DNA of 64,000 nt from positions 304,970-368,969 of the forward strand of contig NW_018405737.1 of the NCBI RefSeq assembly GCF_002113885.1, in the 5' to 3' direction. A model generated the notes under the pieces. That model saw only the letters and a program-made list of their open reading frames with translations, ran no database searches and was not told the DNA's origin. The translations under genes and the position numbers were made by a program. Each line of letters starts with the position of its first letter. The stretch's first letter is position 1. Origin of the DNA: Mizuhopecten yessoensis (taxonomy: Eukaryota). Positions 50,918 to 64,000 of the stretch are shown in pieces.

Positions 50918-51805
50918 GTAGGCAACAGTAACGTGCAATGGTACAAAGGCAACGTATCTTAAGCGACATTAACTTTTAATGGCATGTAACGTAGGCAACA
51001 GTAACATTCAAAGGCAAGGTAACGTAGGCAACAGTAACATTCAAAGGCAATGTAACGTAGGCAACAGTAACATTCAAAAGGATGTAACGTAGGCAACAGT
51101 AACATTCAAAGGCAAGGTAACGTAGGCAACAGTAATTTGCAATGGCAAGGCAAGAGACAACATAAACGTTTACAACAGTTACTGTCACAGGGAAGGTTAT
51201 ATAGGCATCTCGACGTACAAACGCAAGACAAAGTAAGCAACGGAAACATGGATATGAAACGGAAAGGTACATATGCAATTGAAACTTACGATATATACCT
51301 AGATAATGGTAACGATCATAGGAAACCGTAACAATGGAAACAGTAACGTTTACAACAGTAACGTCGGCAATGTTATACATAGGCCACAATGACGTCCACA
51401 GCATAAACATTGGCAACGGTAACGTCGTTAACGGAAACATAGCCAACGGTAACATCGGTATCGGTAACAAAGACAACGGTTACATCGTCAACGGTAAAAC
51501 AGCCAACGGTAACGTCGTCAAAGGTAGCATAGCCAACGGTAACGTCGTCAACGGTAACACAGGCAACGGTAACATCGGTAATGGTAACACAGTCAACGAT
51601 AACATTGGTAACACAGACAACGATAACATCGGTAACACAGTCAACGGTAACATCAATAGCATAGGCAACGGTAACATCGGCAACGGTAACATCGGTAACA
51701 CAGTCAACGGTAACATCGGTAACACAGTCGACGGTAACAACGGTAACATCGGCAACGATAGCATCGGTAACACAGTCAACGATAGCATCGGTAACATAGC
51801 CAGCA
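50918..51805. repeat. Compound minisatellite (gtaacgtaggcaacagtaacattcaaaggcaa, then 9/15-bp aacggtaacatcggc)
   Basis: Directly visible; several frames open on both strands. Confidence 0.85.
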
Positions 51806-53142
51806 AGAACATCGTTTTTTTCCGTCTTAAATATTAAATATATATTCTTTATCATAAAGACTACACTGCCAGACTGTAAGATTTCTGTAAGCCAGGAAAC
51901 GAATTTATTTTTCATATTACAATTGTAGTATTGTGATGCTTCTGATTCCGTGTTCAATTTAAACGAAATCATTATTGTATGAATGTTATGGTTCTTCTGA
52001 CATTGTGCTGAACAGAAACTAGTTTATTTTCGTTTGATGTGCGGAGAAGAAATTTAGTAAATGAAAAAAAACCCCGATGTATTATTTTTATTTTTTTATT
52101 TAGGTCGATCGGCAGTTTAGTCCTGGAGTGTGGGGATGGATACAGATTTTGAGTTGAGTGAGATAGAAAAATATATTAAAACAGGTAGTTTGATATATAG
52201 AAACAAAACTGCACGCCTTTACGCAAGTTATTGTGGCGTTCGCTTCATCGCAGCAATGAATCCTCTTCAACGACTGACATGCGATGCATGTTTCTGTACT
52301 TACACAAAGTAGCGCCGACTTCAGTATGAATGTATACTTTTACCGACTAGACCTTAGCCAGACGTCTGTTTACTGTACATCTGTAAATAGTATCACAGTA
52401 AACAACTGACATACCTTAACGATGTTCGTAAGTCATAGCCCTGTCGCACTGTCTATATAGCATTGTTATAGACCTACTAATGTATGCAGTACTGAAATAG
52501 ACGCACTAATGCATGCAGTACTAATATATATTCACTAATGTCCCTCTCACAGTTGTAACTATTATAGAATAATCAGACATCATTTATCGGTCTGACTCTC
52601 TAACGCCATTCTGGACTGCCCAGTGCTATAACTCATGCTATTATTAGGCGAATTATATTGCTTCGTAACCATTTTATGATATCCCCTTGATGGGACCATA
52701 AAGTTTCTTGACCCATGACTTGCACCGGTCTTCAAGGATAGGACATTGCATAAAGGGCTGGCGTGTTACCTCTCCGAACTCACAGGGTTATCTACATGTG
52801 CAACAAGTTACCTCCCACTACATTACCTTTTATATTTTTTCACAAATTTAAGAATGGTTTATTTCCATGATTTTTATATCATTGATCTGGTTATTGATAA
52901 AATGTGTTGAGAAACAGACCGACCTGTTTAAGGAAAAGTTAACGCTTGCAAATTGTGCGGTTTTACCCGAAAAACATCCCTAATTCCAATTGTATTATCT
53001 TGTCTTTAAATCATTTTTAATTACGGATTGGAATGATGTGTGATCACGAAAATATTTGAAATCTGATCAATATTTGCACTGTATTTATTACTTGAAGTGA
53101 TTCTCTTCATTAACCTACATTGTATGCATGTTATGGTATGGG

Positions 53143-53207
53143 TATATATATATATTGTATATATTGTATAATATTGTATATATTGTATATATTGTATATA
53201 TATATAT
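53143..53207. repeat. (TATATATTG)n / (TA)n microsatellite
   Basis: Directly visible. Confidence 0.85.
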
Positions 53208-56200
53208 GAACACGGAGGTGCAATCATGATCACGACACAACCTGACGTCCTGATCAGTTAGCGGTGCTTTACTTACTTTTAACTACAATGTATATGTTAC
53301 ATGCCTCCTCTATTCCTATATCTACAGTATATATGTAACGTTGCATTGAGGTCGTTTAGTTTACAGACAACAACACACATATATCTATATCTTTATATTA
53401 TTTAGTATAATTATGCATGCGTACCGTTAGTTGTGGTTGTTGTGGTGTCGATAAGTTACTGTCTGGTGATGTTGTATACACTTTGTTCTCGGGAAATTTT
53501 AAATGAGTTCCAAGAATTGTAACAGTGCTGTCGCTCAAACATAATATTGTCCCTTTTTTCATTATGCAAATTAAATGATTGAGTTGTCATTGTCATTTTA
53601 CAGTGATGTCTCGGTGTAGCTCTATGACTGGCAGCACTACTATTGATGTGTGGTTTCTATTGTATGTAAATGTGGACTGTGTAATCCCGTAACGCTTTGA
53701 TCATAATTATTATCACGGAATTAGATAATTTTCTATCTGTGTCCGCGTAATTATAGGGTTATGGTATCATCTGCCAACCACAAACTGAATCGTCAATATT
53801 GAATATTAATCTATCATAATATTGAATTTTAGAAACTTTTGTGGAGTAAATAAAGGTTTCTCTCGTAAATCATTGAAACTAATATATAATCGTCATACCA
53901 GTCGATCTTCTGGGACAGGTTACTTCTGTCTTAGACCCATATTGATATGTGACCGTGTCCATCACAATCTAGCAAAAGAAATGTTATATTAGAACTGACC
54001 GGGCCCATTAGATTGTTTTAAATGAAACCGAGATCATAAAAAGATAAGACTTATTGACAAGGGACATATTAATCCCCGTATTTTTGACAAATACAAACAG
54101 GATAACTAGTATTGCTTGTCCTATCCTACTTTCATTTTTTATTGATAATACATTGAAATTGTATGCCAATCCATCCATCAGCCCATGATTTATACCTTCA
54201 GGTATTATATTGTTCACCATATTCGGTCAGGATTCGTCACGCCTTCGGCCGCTCGCGACCTGCTCTGCTGGACATACTACAGGTGTATCGATAGGGTGAT
54301 TGATTGGATAGGGCTTGGACTTTAGATCGCCCCCATTCTAGTCGCATATTTGCTTTAGATGTTTTGTTTACAAAATAAGTTCTGTCATTATCAACATCTA
54401 AACAAATTGTCCGTGTATTGTTAGTAAACAAAGACAGATACATCATCACACTGACTAAGTAATAAGTAAATCAGTGACACTTTAAATCTCGGAATCCCCT
54501 ATCAACACAAACATCAATTGTCCGAAGTGTCTGGACGAGTACGTAACTCGGCTCGAGGCGACAGTGACCGCACGAACACATCATGCACATGTTTGCCGAG
54601 ACAACCTCTGCGATTAAGATCTCTGATGCTACCAGGTTGATTATTGTTACCTTAGGTAATGATTGGTGCAATGTTTTGGTTGAGGGAATGATACGGTAGG
54701 GCACACTCAATCCATCTGTTCGTGACGTCAGAACCCCTGGGGCCAGCTAGCTGGAAACATATTGGAGATGTAACGAGAACAATAGAGGACAAGACAACCA
54801 TTGTCAGTGACCCCACGGGGCCTCCTTCGTGAAAGTGACAAATTTATTCCAGGGAAGTGACAGGTCATCATTGAAATTGACAGATATCCACAGACAGGTA
54901 AAACGTGCGATGATCGAGGGAGAGGATAGTCGACGAGGTGGACCGTGCTGGAGACGTGTAGCTGTATTTACGTTTGTGTAACGAGAGAGGAAAACAGGAC
55001 TCACATAAGGTAAGCACTTAAAATATATTTGCATTTCTAATCTAATTGGAATTTGTAGAATTAAAGTATCACTTTTAAATGAATTGAATGAAGACCGTTT
55101 ACCGGGTATTGGGTTCACATGTCCAGTGAGTTTCGAATTTCTGTAGTATTTAGAAGATTTCTTAACCCATTCAATATTCAACTTCAATGAGAAGAGACAA
55201 AGTTTTTTTTTTCACTTGTTTAAAAAAAGTAAAAAATATTGCTTTGAAATGCTGGGATATATTGAAGTGAACAAAGTATCCGATTTAAAGGATACCATTT
55301 TGGATAGCTTCTCAGACCATGTATATGGGTAGTTTACGACTCGTGGTCTACTTATGTTATTGGTCAGGTATAACGTTAGCCGACATTTATAGCCGATAAT
55401 CATTTTGCCTTTAATGATTATCTGCTATATTATATACTAGTACACTCATTCATTAAATACAAAATGTTCCTTATTGATAACAGCAAGGCGTAACCGCTAA
55501 CATGCTTATGTTAACACAATAGATTTATTATTATGTTTTTTTTCTTTCTAACCTTTATTTGCTCACTATGTTTTGTCGCTCCGACCAATTTTAAAGTCAA
55601 TATTTTGAGCTAACCTTTCATCCGTTATTGTGCACAGAATAAACTTCTACATGTATTGATGTCACCGATATATTCTTGCTTACCTGACCGTATAGTATAC
55701 ATGGGCAGTCTTATGTGAACTGAATCTAAATGTTTGTTTGTCATGGAATCTGCTATTTCTTACATATATTCAATGGAATTAAGTGCATATAAATTTAGAA
55801 TGTAAACATACGTAGTGAGCAAAGTATTTTTAACATTCATACCGGTGTGAACGCAGATTGGTTACATATTTAATATCAAACCTCAGAATGGATGTTAACC
55901 AGTATGCGTTCATACCGACATTGGTGTTCAAAATCTCCGTTCAATACCAATGAAAGCATATATAAATATGGCGAAGGAGACAAATAGAAACAAATTGTAC
56001 CTTTAATATAATCATTGGCCCGTCGGTTCTGAGTGACAAGTCATATTGTACAAATTTTATACCATTTTTGCAAAAAGCGTTAGATCTAATGATTCCATAC
56101 CGTCAACTCATGTTTGCTTGTTTCGGAGCAGGGTCCATTGAATCAATGCTATCTTTGTTTAACGATGTCTTGACGGTAATATGGGAAAGGCATGTGAATG

Positions 56201-56297
56201 ACAAGGTAAGCAAATTAACAATATCAATATTTGTCCCAAAACAAAATGATATAAAGATTTTTATTGTAATTTCAGATTACTAGATCGATTCGAGAAG

Positions 56298-56897
56298 ATG
56301 GGTATTCATGATTTCTGGCGGAAACTAGGGAAATCTAACACCAAAGACCGAAAACTAGACACTTTACAACACAGTCGCCATTGCTCATCGTGCGAGAAGT
56401 ATCGGACCTGGACATCGAAATCGAAAGCGTTAAGTTTGCCTCTTTCTGATCTACGGAAGATGAAACAATCGGCAGAATTCGACGAAAAGTGTCGCTGTGA
56501 GTCTGTTGATGCGTGGGTGACGACTGTGAACAGGTCACGTGAGCGTGTGGACATAGTGGACAGAGTTCTTCTTGATGACCGTTTGTCGACATTTAGCTCA
56601 ACAGACCATGTGGAGGAAACAGATACTGAGGACATCGGGGACTCGGAGAGTGATACCGGAAGTCTCCAGGAGTGGAGTCATTGGCGGAAACAGGCAAATG
56701 GTCAACTCGTGTCCATGATCCTCAACAGTAAGAGTAAAGACTCTCGTTCCTGGGATTACACACGTAAGGCAATGGACAGCACCGTCATGAATGACGTAAT
56801 ACAGCACGTGAAAGACAGTGGTGTAAGTTCTCCCGAACTAGAAGGGAAACCGTTCATAATGTACGGAATACCGAGGGCTCGACTGGAAAAACGGTGA
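56298..56897 (+). CDS. Uncharacterised 199-aa protein
   Basis: Non-repetitive ORF, GC-richer than its flanks; aagATGg start 22 nt after the acceptor atttcag (56275); upstream AG|GTAAGC donors at 56206 and 55010; AATAAA at 57082 and 57243. Confidence 0.65.
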   Translation: MGIHDFWRKLGKSNTKDRKLDTLQHSRHCSSCEKYRTWTSKSKALSLPLSDLRKMKQSAEFDEKCRCESVDAWVTTVNRSRERVDIVDRVLLDDRLSTFSSTDHVEETDTEDIGDSESDTGSLQEWSHWRKQANGQLVSMILNSKSKDSRSWDYTRKAMDSTVMNDVIQHVKDSGVSSPELEGKPFIMYGIPRARLEKR

Positions 56898-58690
56898 AAG
56901 TCATTGTCTTACGTTGTTGAAATATATTTTTTGTGGAAAATGGTTATGACTCTCGAGGAAAATTTGTCGCAGTGGATCATGTACTGTCTCAAAGATAACA
57001 GTTTGGCGAGAAAGTTGGATAAATCTGTATTTTCCAGACTTGTGGCGGTGGACATAGTAAAGGACATTGAGCAACTGTGAAAATAAACTAATGCCAACGT
57101 AGAATTTATTCTGACATTTCCGAATCCTATTTATTTCGAGATGTTTTCGGGTTTTTAGCGATCTTCACTCTAGATATTTTGAAAATTATCGTCTCGGAAT
57201 CCCTTGGTATTTATCGTTATTTATTTGTTATATTATCTCAATAATAAAATGTTAGAAATACACTACTGCAGGATTGTTAAAAGTTTATATAAAAACCTTC
57301 TTTTTTTCCAACATCTACGTTAGTTGGACTAACAGGGTCTATTACCAATGTGTGACGTAAACAGACAAATCCCAACCCGAGGGTTTAAAAGTATTGTCCC
57401 GAGGGTTGAGATATCTCTCTCAACATTTCACAGGAATGATTGATATTTTGTTCCCCAACACTTTCCTATGTAAAAATATGTTGTAATTGGAATCAAATGC
57501 AACACTCCAATGCAATGCCACGTAAAATGTATAACAACAATGATGACGTGACTCTGGTTATGCTGAATAAAGGGATGACGCGATGATGACGTTTTTCAGA
57601 ATAATAGCGGGTGAAAGTTGTCTTTCCCGTGCAAAAGGATCAATCGACGAGACATCCTCAGCGAAAATATACGGAAATACAGCAGTAAGATGGATTGATA
57701 AGATAAAACATAGAAACAACATAGTAAATATAGGTACAATTTAAAAAAACATAAAGTTCTTATCAATATATCATGCATACCATGAAAGTCCAAAAACTAT
57801 TATAAACATTCTTATAGTGTCTTTCATTTATCATGATAAAAGTAATTCCGTCTTCAAATGTTAGGATTCAGAACTTATGGTATTAGCTTTATCCAATCTG
57901 TCAAAAATAGATGAAAAAAAAGTTAACAAAAAAAAAAGAAGTTGTCTTTCCCTAGTTGGGTAAAGACATGTTGATCTTTTTCTGAGAAAAAACCGGCGGG
58001 ACTGGACCTGTTAAGAAGAAACATTCATCATATGTCTAGCTCTGTTTGATAGGGGATTTACGTCCTCTTAACAACTAAGGTCAGATTATAACGTCTGCCT
58101 AGGAAGACAACGCCCAACAGAAAGAGTAGGTATGGATATAAACCCCAAGTGTTGTAACATTGATTTCTTTAATATTCCATAATGAGCTGAAGGATCAGAA
58201 GAAAAAGGGTCTAACATTTGTCTTTTCAATCCCGGATAGGATGTAACATTTAGGAGAAAAAGAGTACATCATTATGTAAATAGTGTACGGAGGAATTCTA
58301 ATCGTGCTTCTAATATTGTTTTATCATATCCAACATATCACCATATAAAAGACTAACACATACGTTTTCTGAGTAAGAAGAACTTGTTTATGAGGATTGT
58401 GTGTGTTGATTTTCTGAGACGACTACACAGCTTTCTTCTGCTATTGCTATACTGTTTCTACCATTATTATAGACATGTACCGTGTTTTGTTACTGTTATT
58501 GTCATAAGATGTATTCTAAATACTATTGTTAGAGTGTTGTTTTAGTAAGGCACTGGTACAAATGTATTATTAAAGTTGTTTACACTTCTTGAACGTCAAC
58601 GTCAGTTACCCAGGAACTGTGCTCTTTTTTTCTATTAAACATAATTTATTGACAAGCTGTTGTTTTTATTAGTATTCATTTTTGCTGATT

Positions 58691-61600
58691 TAGCTACTGG
58701 GAATGACACAGGGTGATCTTCAGACACACACTGATCTAGCTACTGGGAATGACATAGGGTGATCTTCAGACACACACTGATCTAGCTACTGGGAATGACA
58801 CAAGGTGATCTTCAGACACACACTGACCTAGCTACTTGGAATGACATAGGGTGATCTTCAGACACACATTGATCTAGCTACTGGGAATGACATAGAATGA
58901 TCTTCAGAGGTGATCTTCAGACACACACTGATCGTGATCTTGGGAATGACATAGGATGATCCTCAGACACACACTGATCTAGCTATTTGGAATGACATAG
59001 AATGATCCTCAGACACACATTGATCTAGCTACTGGGAATGACATAGAATGATGTTCAGACACACACTGATCTAGCTACTGGGAATGACATAGCGTGATCT
59101 TCAGACACACACTGATCTAGCTACTGGAAATGACATAGGGTGATCTTCAGACACACACTGATCTAGCTATTTGGAATGACATAGAATGATCCTCAGACAC
59201 ACATGGATCTAGCTACTGGGAATGACATAGAATGATGTTCAGACACACACTGATCTAGCTACTGGGAATGACATGGGGTGATCTTCAGACACACACTGAT
59301 CTAGCTGCTGGGAATGACATAGGGTGATCTTCAGACACAAACTGATCTAGCTACTGGGAATGACACAGGGTGATCTTCAGACACACACTGATCCAGCTAC
59401 TGGGAATGACATAGGGTGATCTTCAGACACACGCTGATCTAGCTACTGGGAATGGCATAGGATGATCTTCAGACACAAACTGATCTAGCTACTGGGAATG
59501 ACACAGGGGGATCTTCAGACACACACTGATCTAGCTACTGGGACTGACATAGGGTGATCTTCAGACACACACTGATCTAGCTACGGGAAATGACATAGGG
59601 TGATCTTCAGACACACACTGATCTAGCTGCTGGGAATGACATAGGGGGATCTTCAGACACAAACTGATCTAGCTACTGGGAATGACATAGGGTGATCTTC
59701 AGACCCCCACTGATCTAGCTACTGGGAATGACACAGGGTGATTTTCAGACACACAATGATCTAGCTACTGGGAATGGCATAGGATGATCTTCAGACACAC
59801 ACTGATCTAGCTACTGGGACTGACATAGGGTGATCTTCAGACACACACTGATCTAGCTGCTGGGAATGACTTAGGGTGATCTTCAGACACAAACTGATCT
59901 AGCTACTGGGAATGACATAGGGTGATTTTCAGACACACACTGATCTAGCTACTGGGAATAGCATAGGATGATCTTCAGACACAAACTGATCTAGCTACTG
60001 GAAATGACATAGGGTGATCTTCAGGCACACACTGATCTAGCTACTGGAAATGACATAGGGAGATCTTCAGACACACACTGATATAGCTACTGGGAATGAC
60101 ATAGGGTGATCTTCAGACACAAACTGATATAGCTACTGGGAATGACATAGGGTGATCTTCAGACACACATTGATCTAGCTACTGGGAATGGCATAGGGTG
60201 ATCTTCAGACACACACTGATCTAGCTACTGGGAATGACACAGGGTGATTTTCAGACACACACTGATCTAGCTACTGGGAATGGCATAGGATGATCTTCAG
60301 ACACAAACTGATCTAGCTACTGGGAATGACATACGGTGATCTTCAGACACACACTATTCTAGCTACTGGGAATGACATAGGATGATCTTCAGACACACAC
60401 TGATCTAGCTACTTGGAATGACATGGGGTGATCTTCAGACACACACCGATCTAGCTACTGTGAATGACATAGGGTGATCTTCAGACACTCACTGATCTAG
60501 CTACTGGGAATGATATAGGGTGATCTTCAGACACACACTGATCTAGCTACTGGGAATGACATGGGGTGATCTTCAGACACACACTGACCTAGCTACTGGG
60601 ACTGACATAGGGTGATCTTCAGACACACACCGATCTAGCTACTGGGAATGACATAGGGTGATCTTCAGACACTCACTGATCTAGCTACTGGGAATGACAT
60701 AGGGTGATCTTCAGACACACACTATTCTAGCTACTGGGACTGACATAGGATGATCTTCAGACACACACTGATCTAGCTACTTGGAATGACATAGGGTGAT
60801 CTTCAGACACACACTGACCTAGCTACTGGGACTGACATAGGGTGATCTTCAGACACACACTATTCTAGCTACTGGGGCTGACATAGGATGATCTTCAGAC
60901 ACACACTGATCTAGCTTCTTGGAATGAAATGGGGTGATCTTCAGACACACACTGATCTAGCTACTGGAAATGACATAGGGTGATCTTCAGACACACACTA
61001 TTCTAGCTACTGGGGCTGACATAGGATGATCTTCAGACACACACTGATCTAGCTTCTTGGAATGAAATGGGGTGATCTTCAGACACACACTGATCTAGCT
61101 ACTGGAAATGACATGGGGTGCTCTTCAGACACCCACTGATCTAGCTACTGGGAATGACACAGGGTGATTTTCAGACACACACTGATCTAGCTACTGGGAA
61201 TGGCATAGGGTGATTTTCAGACACACACTGATCTAGCTACTGGGAATGGCATAGGGTGATTTTCAGACACACACTGATCTAGCTACTGGGAATGACACAG
61301 GGTGATCTTCAGACACAAACTGATCTAGCTACTGGGAATGACATAGAATGATCTTCAGTCACACACTGATCTAGCTACTGGGAATGGCATAGGGTGATGT
61401 TCAGACACACACTGATCTAGCTACTTGGAATGAAATGGGGTGATCTTCAGACACACACTGATCTAGCTACTGGGAATGACACAGGGGGATCTTCAGACAC
61501 ACACTGATCTAGCTACTGGAAATGACATGGGGTGATCTTCAGACACACACTGATCTAGCTACTTGGAATGAAATGGGGTGATCTTCAGACACACACTGAT

Positions 61601-61988
61601 CTAGCTACTGCAAATGACATGGGGTGATCTTCAGACACACACTGATCTAGCTACTTGGAATGACATAGGATGATCTTCAGACACACACTGATCTAGCTAT
61701 TTGGAATGACATAGAATGATCCTCAGACACACATTGATCTAGCTACTGGGAATGACATAGAATGATCTTCAGACACACACGGATCTAGCTACTGGGAATG
61801 ACATAGGATGATCTTCAGACACACACTGACCTAGGATGATCTTCAGACACACACTGATCTAGCTACTGGGAATGACATAGGGTGATCTTCAGACACACAC
61901 TGACCTAGGATGATCTTCAGACACACACTGATCTAGCTACTGGGAATGACAAAGGGTGATCTTCAGACACACACTGATCTAGCTACTC
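58691..61988. repeat. 46-bp satellite (tagctactgggaatgacatagggtgatcttcagacacacactgatc), ~72 copies
   Basis: Directly visible head-to-tail array with no unique spacers. Confidence 0.98.
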
Positions 61989-62559
61989 TAGGCATGATAT
62001 ACATTTGCTGCATATGTTGTGGGGAAACATGATTATTTGTTTTTCGAAATTAATCACGCTTCACGAGGTATACATAGAACATAACACAACAGTAAGGATG
62101 GTCAGTCCTACGCGCCATTTTTATCATAAGCGACAGTCACTTGGAACTTCGGGTTTGTGCCCCTTACTCATTGTTCTACAGGGGCTCCGAATATTAGCGA
62201 AATATGACCGGGAAAAATCGAGCGACTGAGCGGGGCACGGCGTTTTATTTCCCCGGCATATGATCAATAGAATTCAATCAGACACGCTGTTATACTTATG
62301 TGCTATGTAACTATTTGTTATGATGAAAAGGATTTTAAAGTTATATTAATTGCAAATAGTATTTGAATAAATTTTGTTTTGTTAATACTCCATGTAGTAC
62401 TCACAACATATGCCATCTCTGCAACTGCTAATTGCCACAAGTCCTACGCTGTTGTAACGACTGGTGTTTACACAATACCACTGTCAGTAATGTAAAATAT
62501 AATCTTAATCTATTTTACAACAATAATGAAGCAAGCTATTTTAAACTTATATTAATCAA

Positions 62560-62752
62560 TGTTGTTGGCTCGGATGTTAGCGCATGAGGGTCTTAATGGT
62601 GAAGGAAACCGAAATGACCGGAGGAAACACACATGAACGGACAGTTGACCCCATTCCTATTCATGTCCGTTCTGGGAATCCAACCCCGGCACTTTTGATG
62701 AAAGGCCGAGTGCGTTATCAACTGCGTCACCCGTACACCATTTCTATTAGTA
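62560..62752 (-). mobile_element. Degenerate tRNA-derived SINE
   Basis: Minus strand: ggtgacgcagttgataacgcac..ccggggttggattccc head and tttcctccggtcatttcggtttcc core. Confidence 0.55.
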
Positions 62753-64000
62753 AAGCTATATGTCGGAATTAATACTGTCATACTCTGTCTGTTGTTTTGA
62801 AGACTAACAGACGTAACAGAAAACAGCTCAGATGTCCACTATACCAGTGTACAATACCTACCCAATAGACACTACGGAGACACACTCTAAGGCAAGCATG
62901 TGTGAGTGTTGGAGATAAACACAGTATCATATTTCGGGCAAATATGTTTTTGCTTACCTCATTTTTTAAAATAATATTGTTAATTTTAGCAATTATATCT
63001 ATTATATATGTTCGGGCGAGGTGGCGGTTTATTACCTATTGACGTCATTACCAGACATCAGGTCCGGGCCCCAGCAGCGTCTCTACAGCAGCCAATACTT
63101 CTCTTACTGGTACCACGTAACATCAAAGAGGCTATCATTACAACGGACACTTTCGAAAAAAGTTGATTACTTACCAGAGACATGTAATGATCCTACAGCA
63201 TTTGTATGTTTTTTCCTAAACGCCTAAAAGAATACAAAGATTTTATCATGAATCAAGAGGTTAGAGAATTTAAGTATATACATGATCACATCGCATGTTC
63301 ACAGAATATAATAATGACATAATACATTGCTTGTAGATTGTTAACTTTTCGTCGGGAAGCTGCCAACCTGACTATCTTTTCACTAATGCAGAAAAGAAAA
63401 TCACAATTTTTATTACGACGAAAAGTCATCCGACGAAAAAAATAAATGACAGAAGGCGGGAAAGAGTGGTTATAGACGCCATCATGATCTCAAACGGAAA
63501 TAAAACCATTTCTTTGTATGCTATGAATATCGATGTTCTTTTATCAAGCTCATTAGTGTGCCGTGTGATTTTGTTGTCACTATCCGAGTTCTGGATTAGA
63601 CATCATTGGGCACTGACACTGATACAGAAGCCATGAACCCTTTCAGAACATCTGGTCTTAATTCCCATGTACTTTTTCAGGAGCCACCTTTTTTCTTTTT
63701 TTTCTTCATATTTTGTACCAGCTGTACCGACCTTGAGTTCGAATTGTTGGTTTTGTTGACGCTTCGGTATTATCTTTGTGTTATTCTTTAGAAATCACAT
63801 TCTTTTTTAACTTAAATCTCATAAGATCTTGATAATTAAGCATAAAAACTGCAATAATAATATAGCCTTGCTTAATAAAGTAGAAAAATGGTTTCTCTTA
63901 TAAAATAATGTGAACAATTATCATAATACTATAAAGAAAAGTTTGCATTCCCCCCCCCCCCCCCCCCGCTNTGTATGTGTGTACAGTATATAATTGGTCT

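Noticed and set aside
57360-57420. cccgaggg imperfect inverted repeat resembling Crypton-type non-autonomous ends
   Set aside because: Too degenerate; element boundaries could not be defined
58691-61988. CRISPR-like regular array
   Set aside because: Head-to-tail 46-mers with no unique spacers, no cas genes, eukaryotic context

Overview
AT-rich eukaryotic genomic DNA, probably from a bivalve mollusc (inferred from the repeat types and gene family). No prokaryotic features are present. About 1-45 kb is a three-unit tandem duplication. Each unit carries a single-coding-exon TRIM-type E3 ligase gene on the + strand (RING, B-box1, B-box2, coiled coil, NHL-like beta-propeller). Copy 3 (38854-40836) is intact. 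Copy 2 has one in-frame TGA at the RBCC/propeller boundary, followed 6 nt later by a copy-specific ATG. Copy 1 has a 1.9-kb DNA transposon in codon 8 and frameshifts confined to the propeller. A four-exon spondin-2/mindin-like gene (365 aa, - strand) converges on the cluster and has a motif-rich promoter. An orphan 199-aa ORF with a DSGxxS motif lies divergent from it. The rest is satellites/minisatellites (about 21, 30, 46 and 58 bp units), MITEs, Helentron-type non-autonomous elements and tRNA-derived SINEs. The best candidate for something new is a TRIM cluster in which two paralogs independently uncouple RBCC from the propeller at the same site. Ordinary pseudogenisation is not excluded.
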